Of a DNA stretch of 64,000 nucleotides, positions 1 to 13,769 are shown piece after piece. The translations under genes and the position numbers were made by a program. The notes under the pieces were generated by a model, which searched no databases, was not told where the DNA came from, and saw only the letters and a program-made list of their open reading frames with translations. The DNA is taken from the NCBI GenBank assembly GCA_963924565.1, contig OZ004613.1, forward strand, positions 13,330,001 through 13,394,000, given 5' to 3'. Position 1 is the stretch's first letter. Each line of letters opens with the position of its first letter. The DNA comes from Ascidiella aspersa. Taxonomy: Eukaryota.

Positions 1-134
1 CTACAAAACAACATTGCTAATTTGCGAAAAACAAATTTGGTTTTACTAATTTTTGGAGTTTTAAAAGAAGAATGACAGTTAAAATTTGTCAAGTGTCACC
101 ATTTCATTCGCTGCTATTTATTTCCAAATTTCAG

Positions 135-3100
135 ATGAGCAGCGCTTTCGAGCGCAAGTTTCAAAGCCGGACAGAGGCCGTGAAGAAATTGGCAACTGCA
201 GTTCGGTCGTCGTACAGTGGAACGAGCTCACCTTCTTATAAATGCTGCCTAATACCATCAGGACAACTGGAACATGATACGCGATTTAAACAACCTGTAA
301 GCGTGAGATTACTTAGTGGTCAAAATTTCTCGTTTGGGCTGGTAAAGACTGCTTCATACCTTCATTGTAAAATAATTTATACATCAGTGTTTCAAAACTT
401 TTCTTTCCACAGCCCCTTTTCGTATTGGTTCGTCGCCTTACTCTCTTACCCCAGACATTAAATAAGTATCATATTAAATACTGATACAATGCATTAGTGC
501 TGTGTAATGCGTTGTTTTTGCAACGTAACAACACCATTGGAATTTTTAACTTTATTTTAATCTAATACGTAAAAGTAAGCAAGGACACCGTATGTCAGCA
601 AATTCAATAAAATGAAGTTTTAGAATATCACAGGGGTTGTGCTCCCCTGTAAATAACCATAGAGCACGACAGTAGTTTCATTTCTTTCAGGTTTCGACTT
701 CTCAAGTTTGTGAGTTGATTTCGTCCAACGCACCGAGCTCGTCCACTAGATTGCAAAGTGGTTTCAGCAGGGCTTGTATGGACAATCTTGCCAGCGTCCC
801 TTCCATGAAGTGGCAGTATTTCGGAAGTGAGCAGGGCGTCACAACACAATTTCCCGCCACCAAAGCGACGAAATGCGGAAACTTTGACAATCGCTTCAGG
901 TCTAATGGTGATTTAGGAAATATAATTTTGCTTGATATCTTTTAATGAGGATTGCTACATCAAGCAAATTTTCAGGTCATTTTATTGCTGCAGTCGTAAA
1001 AATGTTCTGTTTTTTCTATTGTAAATTTTTAGAAGTGTTTTTCTCATTTCCGACTGCCGGAACTTGTTTAAATTGTGAACGATAAAATGTTAAAAGTGAT
1101 ACGACCTGTCTTTATAGGGCATTCGTCCGGGTTAAAGCCTTGAAACACACCATGCATCGTTTGGCAAACAAATTTGAAGATGTATTTTCTAACAAAATAT
1201 TTGTTTTCCTGATGCAGACCGTGGTACGTGCAAGCCAATGTTCCAATACCGAAGCAAGTTGTCATCGTTATAGACCGAAGCGGTTCAATGAGTCAAGAAT
1301 ATAAAGGAGTGTCGTACATGAAACTTGCAATAGAAGCTGCGAAAACAGTGATAGACACTTTAAATCCCTATGACAAGGTTTGTTGTAGGATACTGTACAT
1401 ACTTGATTTTTGTGTAAATGAATATCATACTTGTGTTAATGTAAAAATACTGTAAAAATAAACAAAACTATTGTATTTTTAATGAATCCTAACTGTTTTT
1501 GTTTGTTTCTGGGTTCGTTGAATGGATGCCAGTCTAAATGTGTCAAATAAACAAACCTAACGTTATTATGCGTTACTTTGAATTCCGATGTATACATTTA
1601 AGCCAGATAGCTGAATTTAATGCTTTAATGAAAACAATTTTTTTAAGTTTGCTTTTATCGCTTTTTCGTCGAGTGCTGAACTCTTCACGGCCAGTGAGAT
1701 CCCAAACGGCACCTGTTACAGAACAAGCTTCGCCCAGGCAACGCCAAAGAACAAAAAGCTCGTTAAAGAGCACATCGACGATATTTATCCAAGCGGTAAA
1801 CTTCAATGTTGTCCGCAAATCATTGGAATTTATTTAACTCTAATTTTTTGTTGTATAAATATGTCTATCGTAACGTTTTATTAAACCTGCAAATTATGTA
1901 ATGCTGGAAATAGTGTCTCGTAAACAATATTTACGTTTGATAGACTTTGTCATGCAAATTTAAAACTTTCCTGTATATATTTCAGGTGGAACAAGATTTG
2001 TGGCAGCATTGCAAGCAGCATTCACATTTTTTGATCTGGTCAAAGACGACACTGAAGGTTGGACAATTTAATGGATAATTTACACTATGGTTTTGGCTGT
2101 TGACTACACTGGTGACAATGTATAGAATTCCACAATTTCCTTCCGGGCAAACTGTTAAAAAGAAAGATTGCCTGTAATGGAGGAGTTTCTTCAAATTATC
2201 AATAATTTTTCAAATTGTCCAAAAAAGGATAACAATAATTTTAAGTAATATTGTGCCTCATAACTCTTTGATAAATACTTTAGCAAAACTTTTAAATTTG
2301 CCTATAGCTTTTTTTACTTTTTTGTTAAATAGTTTGATAAAAATCTGGGCTGTGTACAACATGATTTGTCATGGGACAGAAACAATGCTTTAATATATAC
2401 GTTTTTAGATGAATACGATAAGAAAATAACCTGAATTTGTCAAGGAACAAAACAGTTAATTAAAATACAGTTAAACGTCTCTCACCAATTTTTTTACGTT
2501 TATATAAACAAGTTCGTGTTGAAATAAGTGTAAATTAACAACAAAAGTTTTAATATGGTTATCCCTTTCATTCGGGTGACTGATATTCAAAACGTATTTC
2601 GTGGTTATAAGTGCAACAAAGCAAGGGCTTATTGTGCAATGCGTCAAAAAATTCAAATTAACTACTTCCGGATTTTTTTTATTGAAAAAACTTGTGAAAC
2701 CTAAAATAGATGGTTTATAGAGCGTACTATTTTTTGATACATCAATTGCTTTTTGTTGTGCCTAATGCGTAGCCTATTATTAAGTTTTTTAGGGATTAGC
2801 CTATTCTATAATTCAGGGTTCATTAATTTTTCCATAAGTTTCCACCAAATGAAACACCATCCGGAAGTTAACAGAATATGTGCGTTTATAAATTGAAACT
2901 AACTGCAAATCCTAATAAACCCAAACTTTTTTATTAGGCCCTAACACTTAATTAGCAACACAAACAATTAACAAAAAGGACAAAAAATCAACTGCCGGCA
3001 ATTAACTAAAAATAAAAAAAAATTAATGATTTATATGTAACTGTTTATAGCAGTGGTTTGGGGATTTCGGGGTTGCGTTTGGGTTTGGACAATTTCATCA

Positions 3101-6100
3101 TCATTTAAAGAAGATATGGTGTGCATACGTTAAGTGGTGCAGGATAATTGAAAACAACTGTATTACTAAGTCTGGTAATGAAAGTACCGTGTTAAAAAAT
3201 GTTTAAAAAAACGTTCAGTAAAATGATTTGTTTACAAAAGCAATAAATACTGAATTACATAGAATAAGAAAAATTTGAGACAGAAACTTCCCTAATTTCG
3301 TAAAATATTTTCGCAATGGACCAGCTTAGGTAACGTGTCATCTAGGATAACCTTCCTCTCAAACTATTCACGATTTTGCTTAATAGCGCAATTTGTTACA
3401 GCAGATAAGGTTATGCTGTTTATGTCGGACGGGAAACCAAGCGATTCAACAAGCAACATTTACCAAACCATAACCTATAGGAACCGGAACCTTAACAATT
3501 CAGTGATTATAATGACGTATGGTCTTGGATCTGGCGTAGGTTCGTGTTTATTTTTGTTTTCAAACGTGTGGCATAACATCCCATGTGTTAAATTTTTTAC
3601 AACCCTCTAAATAAACTTTTGTTATTTATTTCTTTTATAAGTTAAACGTTTTGAATTTTCTTAATTAAAAGTAAACAAAAGTACGGTATTTTATTTCATC
3701 TGTCTTAAATATAGTTAAATTTTTTTCAGACTCAACAGTTTTGCAGAATATGGCAAAATCCACGGAGATAGAGGTTGGATCCGATAACAAGGTTTGACTA
3801 TTCCATTGTTTTGATGATAATCTGTTGAAAGTTTTTAGCATAATGGATATTTTGTTTCATCTTTGATGTCTGTTATAGCTTGAATTGATGGTGGTAAAAA
3901 AAATTCAATAAAGAAATGCAGGTGACTCCAGCGTAACACGTTAGGTTGCACTATTACTCATTTCGACCACAAGTAAAAATAGAATATATTGTTATTTATA
4001 AAAGACCATGGTAGGCTAAATTTACTCAAAATAGGATCTGAAACTCTATTAAAAAAAATGAAGGTTTGTTGCATTATTTTCCTAATTTTATATATGTATA
4101 GAAAAATTTCATTTATTAAATTTTTTCGATTAGGGTGAATTTAAAACTTTCGTTTCAGTTCCGGTTCGACTAAATTTATTTTCAAAACCGATTAAAAAGT
4201 TACGGTTCGGAAACAATAAGAGTTGCGTTAAACCTAAAAAATCGTTTAATAAATGTAGAGAATGATTGTATTGAACTGTAACCCGTATTTCATCTAAGTT
4301 TCGTGACGTATTAAATGCCAAACCGCTCATTATTGAAATATCTCAAAAAAACGTTTTGCTTACTGAAATGAACATATTTTCATTCATTTTTTGCACTGTT
4401 GTAACGTATGTCACTTTTTTGTGAGTTATCTGAGATATAAAGTTTATCTCGAAACACTTTTATGATTTTACATTTATTCAAAAATAATTTACAAGTCTGA
4501 TAAAATAGAGTTAACGAATAAAAGTTATCCTATGCTTTTCATTGTACTAATCGCCAAACAACTTTTTATTTAAATACTAATCAAAGAAGGAAAATTCGGA
4601 CATTGCATTAAACACAAGTTGTAAGGTCATGCTGGAGTTAACCGCTTTTTAACAAGTTAAAGTTCGGGTTTCTCTAAAACATTGGGTTATTGTTTTGATT
4701 TCATTAAATAAAGATGATTTTAATAACTATTTCCGTGCTATTTGCAGCAAAGCCAATATACAGCAATTTCAACACCTTCGAATTTGCGAAATAAAATGGC
4801 GTCATATTACAATTTCTTTTCAATTCAAGGACAGCGAATTACAAAACCAGTGTGGACAGTACCTTATCTTGATGGCTGGGGTTTAGGTAATGGAATAATG
4901 TATTGAAATGTCATATTATTTTTTTGATTATTATTATTTATCAACCAATATTAGGAAATGTTTTTATTAAATATTTGCATTTTTGTAGGCCTGTACTTCA
5001 TTGTACAGGATAAATCCAGGCAATTTACTTTGTCTATTAGTCTATTCTATTATTGTTTTACCAGGGTTGATGATCACGGCAGCTTTGCCAGTTTATACAA
5101 GCAATCTAATAGGAGTTGCCGCAGTGGACATAACTATCGAAGAGCTGTTGGCCGAATCAAGTTTCTTTAAACCAACTGAACTCTTTTACTCATTTGTTAT
5201 TAATAAGAAAGGTAATGTATGCTTATAGTAAGGAAAGATGTTCCTGAGACCTAAGTTTTCGAATTGTTAACTGTTTAGGATTTTACAGTAAATTTGCAGG
5301 CCCACCGTACGTAGCTTAACAGATTTCATTTTATATCGTCCATAACTCGTTATCGACATTCATGGGTTTCTAAGTTTATCTTAGTGGCATGAGAAGTGCC
5401 ATATAACTAACATTGCGTTTTTAACTTATTAGTAAATTCCAAATTCTGAAACACATGTTCCGTTATAGGTTTCAATTTATATTAGTGGAATCCAAAACTA
5501 GTGGAATCTAAAAAAGCAGCGGGTGGCTGTCAGTCAATCACTGCTTAGCTAACATTTATGTAAACATGTAAAAATTAAGTGAAACTGTATAATATTAAAA
5601 TATATATTTTAGTAATCACCTCGGTATTGACAGTTTTGTTTTACGATACATTTATTAGATAAGTATACTTGAATTTTAGGTCTGGTCATCAACCATCCCT
5701 TATTTCCCACCGTGACCACGGGCGAACCATTGTTTGTCGAAGTAACCGCATTTGAGTCGGACCCGCAATTCCTTTCTGTATTTTCATCAATGAAGAGGTA
5801 AACGAGTATTAGAGTTTGGTTAGGAAGCCAATAAAAGTTACGAATGTTTTAATATTTCGAACCTTGCGCTAACCCAGCGCCACAAAACCTTTAATGTCGA
5901 ATAATTTACCCACAAAAACACGAAATGATTTAACCATTATAAATACTATTGAATTATCTCCACTATTATCTGCAACGCGTGTAACTATGTAGGTTTATCA
6001 GAAATTATAAAATAGGAACCGATACCTCATAGCAACAGTGCAAAACCAAAAATACATTGTTGTTGGCTTTTTACCTATTTTGCGCCCAGTTTGGCCTGGT

Positions 6101-9100
6101 AACGTACAGCTGTCAGAAAACAGAATGTGAAAACAAAGATTTATGAAGTTCCAAAGTTTGCCCAATAAAAGATAAAGTTCGTCCAATGAAAGGATATAAT
6201 AACTGGTAGAAGAAATGAAAGGCATAACGTCTTGCAAACCTGGGCAATTATCGCCTAGCATTTTTCATACAAGTTATGCTACACTGAGAAGTTTCATTTG
6301 GGCCGTAGGCTATATTATACACAATATACTGACGAGTCACCGTTTTGTCAGATCCCATTCATACGTGAACACATTCAAATATATTGAAGGGTCCCTAATT
6401 AACCATATTTATAGCCCGGGATCCAGCAACAAAAGTTAATTTATCGCAGTTCAATGTTTCACGAAGTTAATTTACCGCAGTTCATTGTTTTAAATTGTAC
6501 ACTCATTCTTTAACAAGGGTAGAGAAGCTTTGGCTCTCGAGCCATTTAGGGCTCTTTGAATACCGTCATATGGCTCTTATGATAAAGTAATCTTGCTCGC
6601 AAATAGATCTGAGCTATCATTTATTATCATGGCATGAATAAAACTCCACGCGGCCATGACTCCTTCCAAACTGTATTTTTTTAACAAGTTTAATAACACT
6701 TGAATAAAACTCCACGCGACCATGAACCCTTTCAAACTATGGGTAATAGCAAAATTTTTCTCGGTCTGTTTTTTCGTGGCTGTTAGCCGATTTGATGAAA
6801 CTCAGTAACCGAAGTTTTGCAAACTTAGCCACAGTACTTTTTCGCGTTTACTTTAGAATTAGATGTTGAAATACATAACAAGACTCTCATGGAAATACAA
6901 CCAAAAAATATTCGGCTTTTATGGCTTTTTCAATTGAAAAGATTTCCGACCCCTGTTCTACAACATGTTTAATCCTATTCAGCGGCGGGTCAGGTAACAA
7001 AACCTTCATGTCCACCCGAATACTTCCCCAAGGCGACAGCACAAATTATCCGGTGAGGAAGGTTCGAGTGCAATCCACATACTACTGGAAACAGGTTTGA
7101 AAATCAATAATTTTTGACGGTTGTTGTTTCGCCATATATATATATTGCTGCCATTAAATCGTGAAACGTATAACATTTGTAAATCTTCGGGTTTGTAGTT
7201 TTTCAGTATCGGTTTAATTCTATTTTGGCGTACCGGTACTTGTCTTAAATATTGGGTTTGTTATCGTTGTACAAAATTGTTTACGACTTCCAACGTGGTA
7301 TTTTGGTTTGCCATGCTGTTGAATTATTATATCGATGTTTTTAGATTTCAGGAACTGAATTTTCGCTTTGCCTGGTTTTGGCTGACAACGATCAACAAGT
7401 CTTGCTTCAAAATCTCGGCTCTCTTCCCTCAGATTCCTTTCTATATCATCGACTCGACCTGGTTCAACCTAAGCAACAGTGTTATCATGGAAACAACTTT
7501 TGCTCAAAGGGTTAGAGTGTTCAATGCATGTAATGCGGAAATAAGTCAATTATTCCACGCCTGATTCGGCTTAAACATTTTTTCCCACATGGATTTTGTC
7601 GAAATTAGTAATAACAAAATGCATGCTGTTATATCTAATGTAATGTTTAGGACATAAGTATATTTATCATATCAGGGTTAGGTCGAGCATTTATTGGAGT
7701 AGTCGCTTATTTACATTAGTATAAGATTAACGCACAGCACAATAGATAGTTAGAGACATGTGACTACAGAGCACGTGGCTGAGGGACGGCGGGTAACCTC
7801 TCCCAGTAGAACGGCGTGATTATGCCATGACTGAAACGAAATATACAGTACGTTCCTGCAATATGGTGCCAAAAGCCAAAATGTTAATAGCTTTTCGGAT
7901 CTGCCAAAATTTCTCACTGTTCGCTATGTTATATCCAACATGTATGTCTGCTCCTTAAAACGTCACAATGTGCATTTTATAACGTTTAGGACCTAAGAAA
8001 ATTTATCGGGCCACAATTAGCTTTGAAACAAAATAAACAATCTGTTGTTGAGTTTTTCTTCAACTTTTATCATTTTGCTGCAGACCAAAGCTCAGTTGCT
8101 CTGGCAGCGAGGGCCTTCAAAGACCCTGAGCAATATATTTCTGTTCCTGAGACGGTAAATGACGTTACAAAAATGGAAAACTACATGGAGGGAAAGACGA
8201 GTAGTACCGTTTTAAAGGTATGCGGTTGTCGGTTCGTTTAACTTAGGTACATCGTTATGAAAAGCGTTTAATGCCTATTCCAAATCTATAGCAGCTGTGA
8301 CCTTTCTCCAATTACTGTCTGGCTTGCACTCTCAAAGCCTTTTAAAAGGAATAATTTTAAGAATACTTTTTACTCTTACCAAAAAATCAATTTTTTTTCA
8401 TTAAAACAAAATAGTCTATTTAGTTTTTATCAATTGTAAAACTAAAATATGTTATTCAATTGGAAAATAATCACTGCATCACTGCATCACTGCATGGAAT
8501 ATAACCTACCCGTTTGGTTTTGTAGATTTATATAAGTGAATTATGAAATCACTAATTTTACATGTCAGGCTGGCGTGAAAAATGAGGTGGTGGCCACTTA
8601 CAAAGCAGAGGAACTTTGGAAGAAGATTGATGAGGACGACTTGAGTAAAAACGTCTTCTGGAGATACGTAGCCACAAAGGAAGGCATGATCCGCATCTTT
8701 CCGGGGACTCAGTTGCCCAGCAATTTTGATCCAACCACGCGATCCTGGTGAGTTAATTCATAGGCTTGATTCTCATCAATAATAATCTAAAGGATTTTAG
8801 GAAGCAAGGTGTCAGTGTGGCAAACTGATGTGTAAAAAATGAAGATATATTTGCCGCCCGTACACGTAAATGACGACAATGACTTCATAAGGGAGCAAAT
8901 ATTTTCAGACTGTCCTGCCATGGTCTTCGTTCTAATTAAGAGACGGCGATGATGCCTTATTTTAAGGCGAAATACATATTTCTCTTTTAAATGACTAGAT
9001 TTTATTAATGACTGACTTTGACCAAGACAGGAAAGTCTAAATAATATTGGAAAGGTTCACTGTGTTTCAACTTTTGTTTGTCAAAGTAGCCACTTATCAA

Positions 9101-12100
9101 TTTGCTGTGAACGTTGAGATATAACCCAGCCTATATTATCAAACATATCCTGCTTTATGCCCCCCCGAGTGTTTATCGTTTTAGTCAATAAAAATTATTT
9201 CTTTAAATCCAGGTACGAATACACGCTAGCAAACCGTGACAAGTACGTTGTAACTCCACCGTACCGTGACGCGGCCAGTACACTCAGTGTGATCTCTCTT
9301 TGTCGAGCTCTGTTTGAGGGAAGGTAAGCGAAATGCACCGCGACCCTCACGATAAGCCAAACAATATAATAATGTGTCCCAGTAGCCACAGCTGCTAGTT
9401 GATGCAATAAAACGCATTTATAATTCGCGCCTACTCTTGACAGTTTTACTTTTTTCCTGTTTTGCTATCCTATTTAAAAACAAAAACATTTTTCAGTAGT
9501 TTCTTGATAATATAATCTATCCAAATTGTACAACATTTTTGGCTGTATTGTTTATTCATGTTGCTGTTTAATAACACATTTACTAAAACTAAAAAACAGA
9601 CAAGGTGGTGTCCATGATCCAATCAAGGATAAGCTGATTGGAGCAATGGGAGTTGACATTGTGACGCCATACTTCATCCAGATTCTCTCACAGCTCTATC
9701 CATTCTGCAACGAAACAAGTCGATACTCGTGAGTGCGATCACTAAAACTTTAACCTTAACTTTTTTATTATTAAACATATTATTTCAAACATTCTTCGTT
9801 CGGCAGGTGTTTGGTGATTGATCACTCCGGATTCGTGATTGCTTCGCCTTCTTTCCTGAAAGCTCCTGAAACAGCATTTAACAGACATATCGCTGCAGAG
9901 GACAAAAACCTGGCCGCCGCCTTATTCGCCGCTAACATTCTGAAGCCGGCTCAATGCTCTAATATTGAAAACGGCCTGATTCAAAAAACCTTTACGGTAA
10001 AACGCTCGTATATTAATCAGGGATCTGCTAAGTATTTTATGTAACACACGGTGACATGGATAATGTGTTTCGACCACAGATCACAGTAAAACGATAGGTT
10101 GATATTCATTTCGAACTAAAAATAATTGAATGAAATTTACATATTTTGTATCTTACAGTTTGTTCGTTTACAATGTAGACTTTTTATCATATCTTGGTAT
10201 TTTTAAAACTTGCCGCTTGTTTAAGATTTCTGCCAACCAAAGCACGTACATCGGTCGGACCTTCTACCCCGACTGCTATTATTTCGAGTTGAAGCCGGTA
10301 GAGGGCACCAACGCGCTTATGCTCATGGTCGACAAATCTTCAAAGCGATGTTCGAACTTTGTCATATCAAGTTGTAGATGCACTCAATCATACAACGCGG
10401 ATGTAAGTAACTTCTTTAAAATATATGTTTGCAAAGCTGCGTTAGCTTTTTAAAAAATTTTTTTTTTAATTACATGGAGTTCATTTAGATAGTAGTTCAA
10501 TTTTTTTGTTCCAGACGCCAACCTGCTCATCGTCTGCTTACACTAACTGCTCATGTCCATGCACCACCTATAATGGAGCATTTCACCCGTGCGAAAACCA
10601 ATACCTAATTGACGGGTAAGAAATACACGCTTTGTCACATTTGAAGTTGTTGTTTCTTCCAACTAAGACAGCCACTGTTTTATAACCATTCATGTTACTT
10701 CCAGGTTTCCGGATTATCCACGAGGCCAAAACTAATTAGGTTTGCATAGGCAACCCTGATAAATAGTTTCTAGTATAACACCCTTGTGGTAGTAAAACAG
10801 TTATTGTTTCACATATAAAATATTTATCAAGATCGCGGTTCCACTGTACTGATTTTTAATTATAATTTTTTACTAAACATAAAGGCGGGGATTTTTACTT
10901 CTTCTAAAAAGGAAAGCTTTGTTGCTTCATTTTAAATTCTGTTAATATCTGGATGAAAGTCGATATAAAATCAATTTCATTTATTCATACAAAACACGAA
11001 GGTATTTTTTTCTGCCTGTTTGGGGATAAATAATTGGCCTCAATGTATGACGCTTTTTTATTCAACCTGAAGTTGACATATTTGTGTCACGAAGGATCTA
11101 AACAAAATAATAAAATATAGAATGACCATGTGACAAATGCACACTAGGAATTTAGTATGCCGCTATAACGCACAATTTGGGGCAATGTAACTATATTCAA
11201 TATTAAATTCAAAATATCCTACTATTCTAAAGTAGTAGGTATCTGCTATATTTTCTTTCGACTTTTGACAAAATTGGCGGTTTCGATACATACATGGTTT
11301 TACAGCGATTTCTGTTTTAACCGTACAACCTGCTCCCCTTTTTCAGTTCGACACCCCCGCCGTGCACCCCGGATCAGGTCGATCTTACAAAAGTCGGTAC
11401 ACCTCCAGTTGACTTAACCACTCTTGGCAAGTGTTACAACATTGCTTTTACCGTACCCCGAAACAGCACCGCCAATGCCGGCGGCCAATCCACGAATATC
11501 ACAATTATTGTGGTGTGCGTCGTGGTGGGTTTGATTTTGCTTGCAATCATCTTCATGTGCTGCAGGTAGTGGAAGAGCGGTGCTTCCGTTGGACGTTCGG
11601 TAAGAACATAAAACTATTACTATTTACTTCAGTGACAGTTTACACTTGAAATAGTAAAAAATACACTTGTACAAATAATCCTTGAGCTGAGTAATCGTGA
11701 CAAATTTTACATGAACAAAATTTTTCGTTTCCCAACCTTTTTTACACTAGTGCCCCCTTGGGCTCAATATTATTTCATATCGCCCCCCTCATCTTGCTTT
11801 ACAGTAAAGTATTATATTAATCGTTGTCTAACATCATATTGTCTTCACTTTCGATTCGATAAGCTGTCAGTGATATTTTAGGTTGCCTAACATACATTCA
11901 CTATTGGAATTTATACATACATTATTTCACCAGGTTATGTCATTACCAGGAAAAATTCATATCTTTCTGCACCAAGACTTCAAATCCTTTTCTAGTCGCG
12001 GGCCGCAACCAAACTCATAAATGTCTCTGTGGGCCGCGCAAAATGTTAACTTAGAAAAATGTTAGAACAACTGTGAATCAGGCGGGCCTCGGATTTTTTT

Positions 12101-13769
12101 TATCCATACTAATAATGAAAAGTGTAATAGTGTTTGTTAATGTTTTGAAGTCCGGGCGCACCTGGCGATCGAAGCGAGCGCGATTTTTTGGGGTATAACG
12201 GCATTTCTTTTAAATTTCCTGCTAGTTTTTATTTACCGTTAAAAAATATATGTCTAATATTTTTGAATACGTTTTCCGTTTGTCCGCGACACACTTGGCA
12301 GCCTTCCACGTCCCAACGGTAAAGAAGCGCTGATCTAGTCCAAAGACAGCATCAAAACGTAAACAAACTGGACGTAGAAAGATCATTCGCGCAGCGCGAA
12401 AATTTTTCGCCCGTACTAAGTTAAAATAGTCAAAAAGTATTTAAAATGGACTCGTGTCTAGTTGTCAAAGAGGCGGCGGGTCGAGGGCCGTAGATTGGCG
12501 ACCCCTACTTTAAATATACAAACATTTTGCCGCGTATAAAACGGTGAAACGCGCCAACAACCAACAGCTTTACATAAGAAAGCCAATTATTACGTAACAA
12601 TGGTCGGAAAACTACTACAAGTTCGCAGTACGGAAGTAGCCATTTAAGGTTAAAAGTTACCTACGTCCTACAGTGCTGTTTGTTACTTTTTTTATGTGAA
12701 CATTTTATCAAATTTTGATATAAGAACTTTCATGTAACACCCCCTTATGTGCGTTCAGCGCCCCCCAAATCATGAAAAGACTCAAAACGCCCCCTTGGAA
12801 CTCGCCAACGCCCACAAGGGGGCGGTACCGCCCACGTTGGGAACCTCTGCATTAAACGATGATATAAGAACGTATTTGTGCATTCAATAAGAATTGTGCA
12901 GATTAACTTTACTTGGCCGGGTAAACAGAAGTAAACATACTTCGCTATGAAAACCGAAATATTTTTTTTAGTTAACGGGAATGGTCAGCAACAGATTTCC
13001 TAATTATTCCTCTGGAAGACACTAAGTATAGAAGACCAATTGTTACTAAAAATGTCATCGAATAATATCGCAAACAACATAAACATTTGTCTTTCCATAA
13101 ACTCATTAAATTAAGTTATGGTCTTTACCACAACCATACCATGTTAACTGCCTTTTTTTATCACATGCTACTTTCGCAGTTATACACAATTTGGGCTGCT
13201 TAGTAAACCACTTGTCGTACCAGTGTTTATATCGTCAACCATTTTTCACAAATAACAGTCGTCGCAGGCATTAACTTGTTATTGTGAACAAAAGTTTTAA
13301 AGTATTTCTTACCTTTTCTATTCTTCAAAATAATCCGTTCGTATAACAATATCCAAAGTGATCATTTTGATGGCCTAATTTCATAACCCGCTATAGTTGC
13401 AACACTTTAAAATACGACGGTATGAGAAGTTTTAATGGCACATGCTATTTTGAAGGAATTCGTCAGAATCAAGCCTGGTTGTCACTTCTTTATTTTTATG
13501 ATCTTAGTGCAGGGGAACAACTTTATTAGTCAAGAATTGTTAAATTTTTTTTCAATATTTGATCTTGAATTAAATTGCCACAGGCTCCAGCAACGATCCA
13601 CACAGCTCCGGCACCAGCGGCCAACACAAACTACGGATACGCGTCTTCGCCGAGTGCACCCCCACAACCTCCCCCAACCAACCCTTATTACACGGCCGAT
13701 AAAGCACCACCTGGGCAATTCCCCCCGAGCTATTCCACGTCAGTTGGCTACAACAACCATCCAATGTAG
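135..13769 (+). CDS. CACHD1: VWA and Cache domain-containing protein (CACHD1/alpha2delta-like), 5' end outside window; multi-exon
   Basis: Frame-consistent GT-AG exons: 135-296, 691-899, 1218-1377, 1648-1795, 1986-2057, 3402-3539, 3730-3791, 4748-4886, 5065-5211, 5680-5797, 6983-7094, 7345-7510, 8084-8217, 8569-8747, 9213-9323, 9600-9728, 9807-9996, 10226-10402, 10515-10615, 11347-11599 (in-frame TAG at 11567-11569), plus putative tail exon 13584-13769. Motifs: KWQYFGSEQG, FDNRFRPWY, VWA VVIVIDRSGSM / GGTRF / FMSDGKP, PYLDGWGLG, IGVAAVD, second Cache WRYVAT..FDPTTRSWY..PYRDA..GVD, CSCPC, TM ITIIVVCVVVGLILLAIIFMCC. Family is secure; strict orthology to CACHD1 is not. Confidence 0.85.
6514..6955. 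mobile_element. hAT-type MITE in CACHD1-like intron
   Basis: Ends CAAGGGTAGAGAA.. / ..TTTCCGACCCCTG; 8-bp flanks TTCTTTAA / TTCTACAA (6/8); internal ~38-bp direct repeat TGAATAAAACTCCACGCG.. at ~6634 and ~6701. Confidence 0.5.
11726..12849. mobile_element. hAT-type MITE with nested MITE fragments in last CACHD1-like intron
   Basis: Left TTTCCCAACCTTTT; right GTTGGGAACCTCTG; GCCCCC subterminal repeats; internal GCGGGCCGC and TTGGCGACCCCT pieces of other MITEs. Confidence 0.5.

Noticed and set aside
8472-8495. (CACTGCAT)x3 tandem repeat
   Set aside because: Trivial intronic slippage repeat.
12972-13025. Possible extra CACHD1-like exon after a T-rich AG acceptor
   Set aside because: No convincing donor or peptide similarity, and it is not needed for frame continuity.
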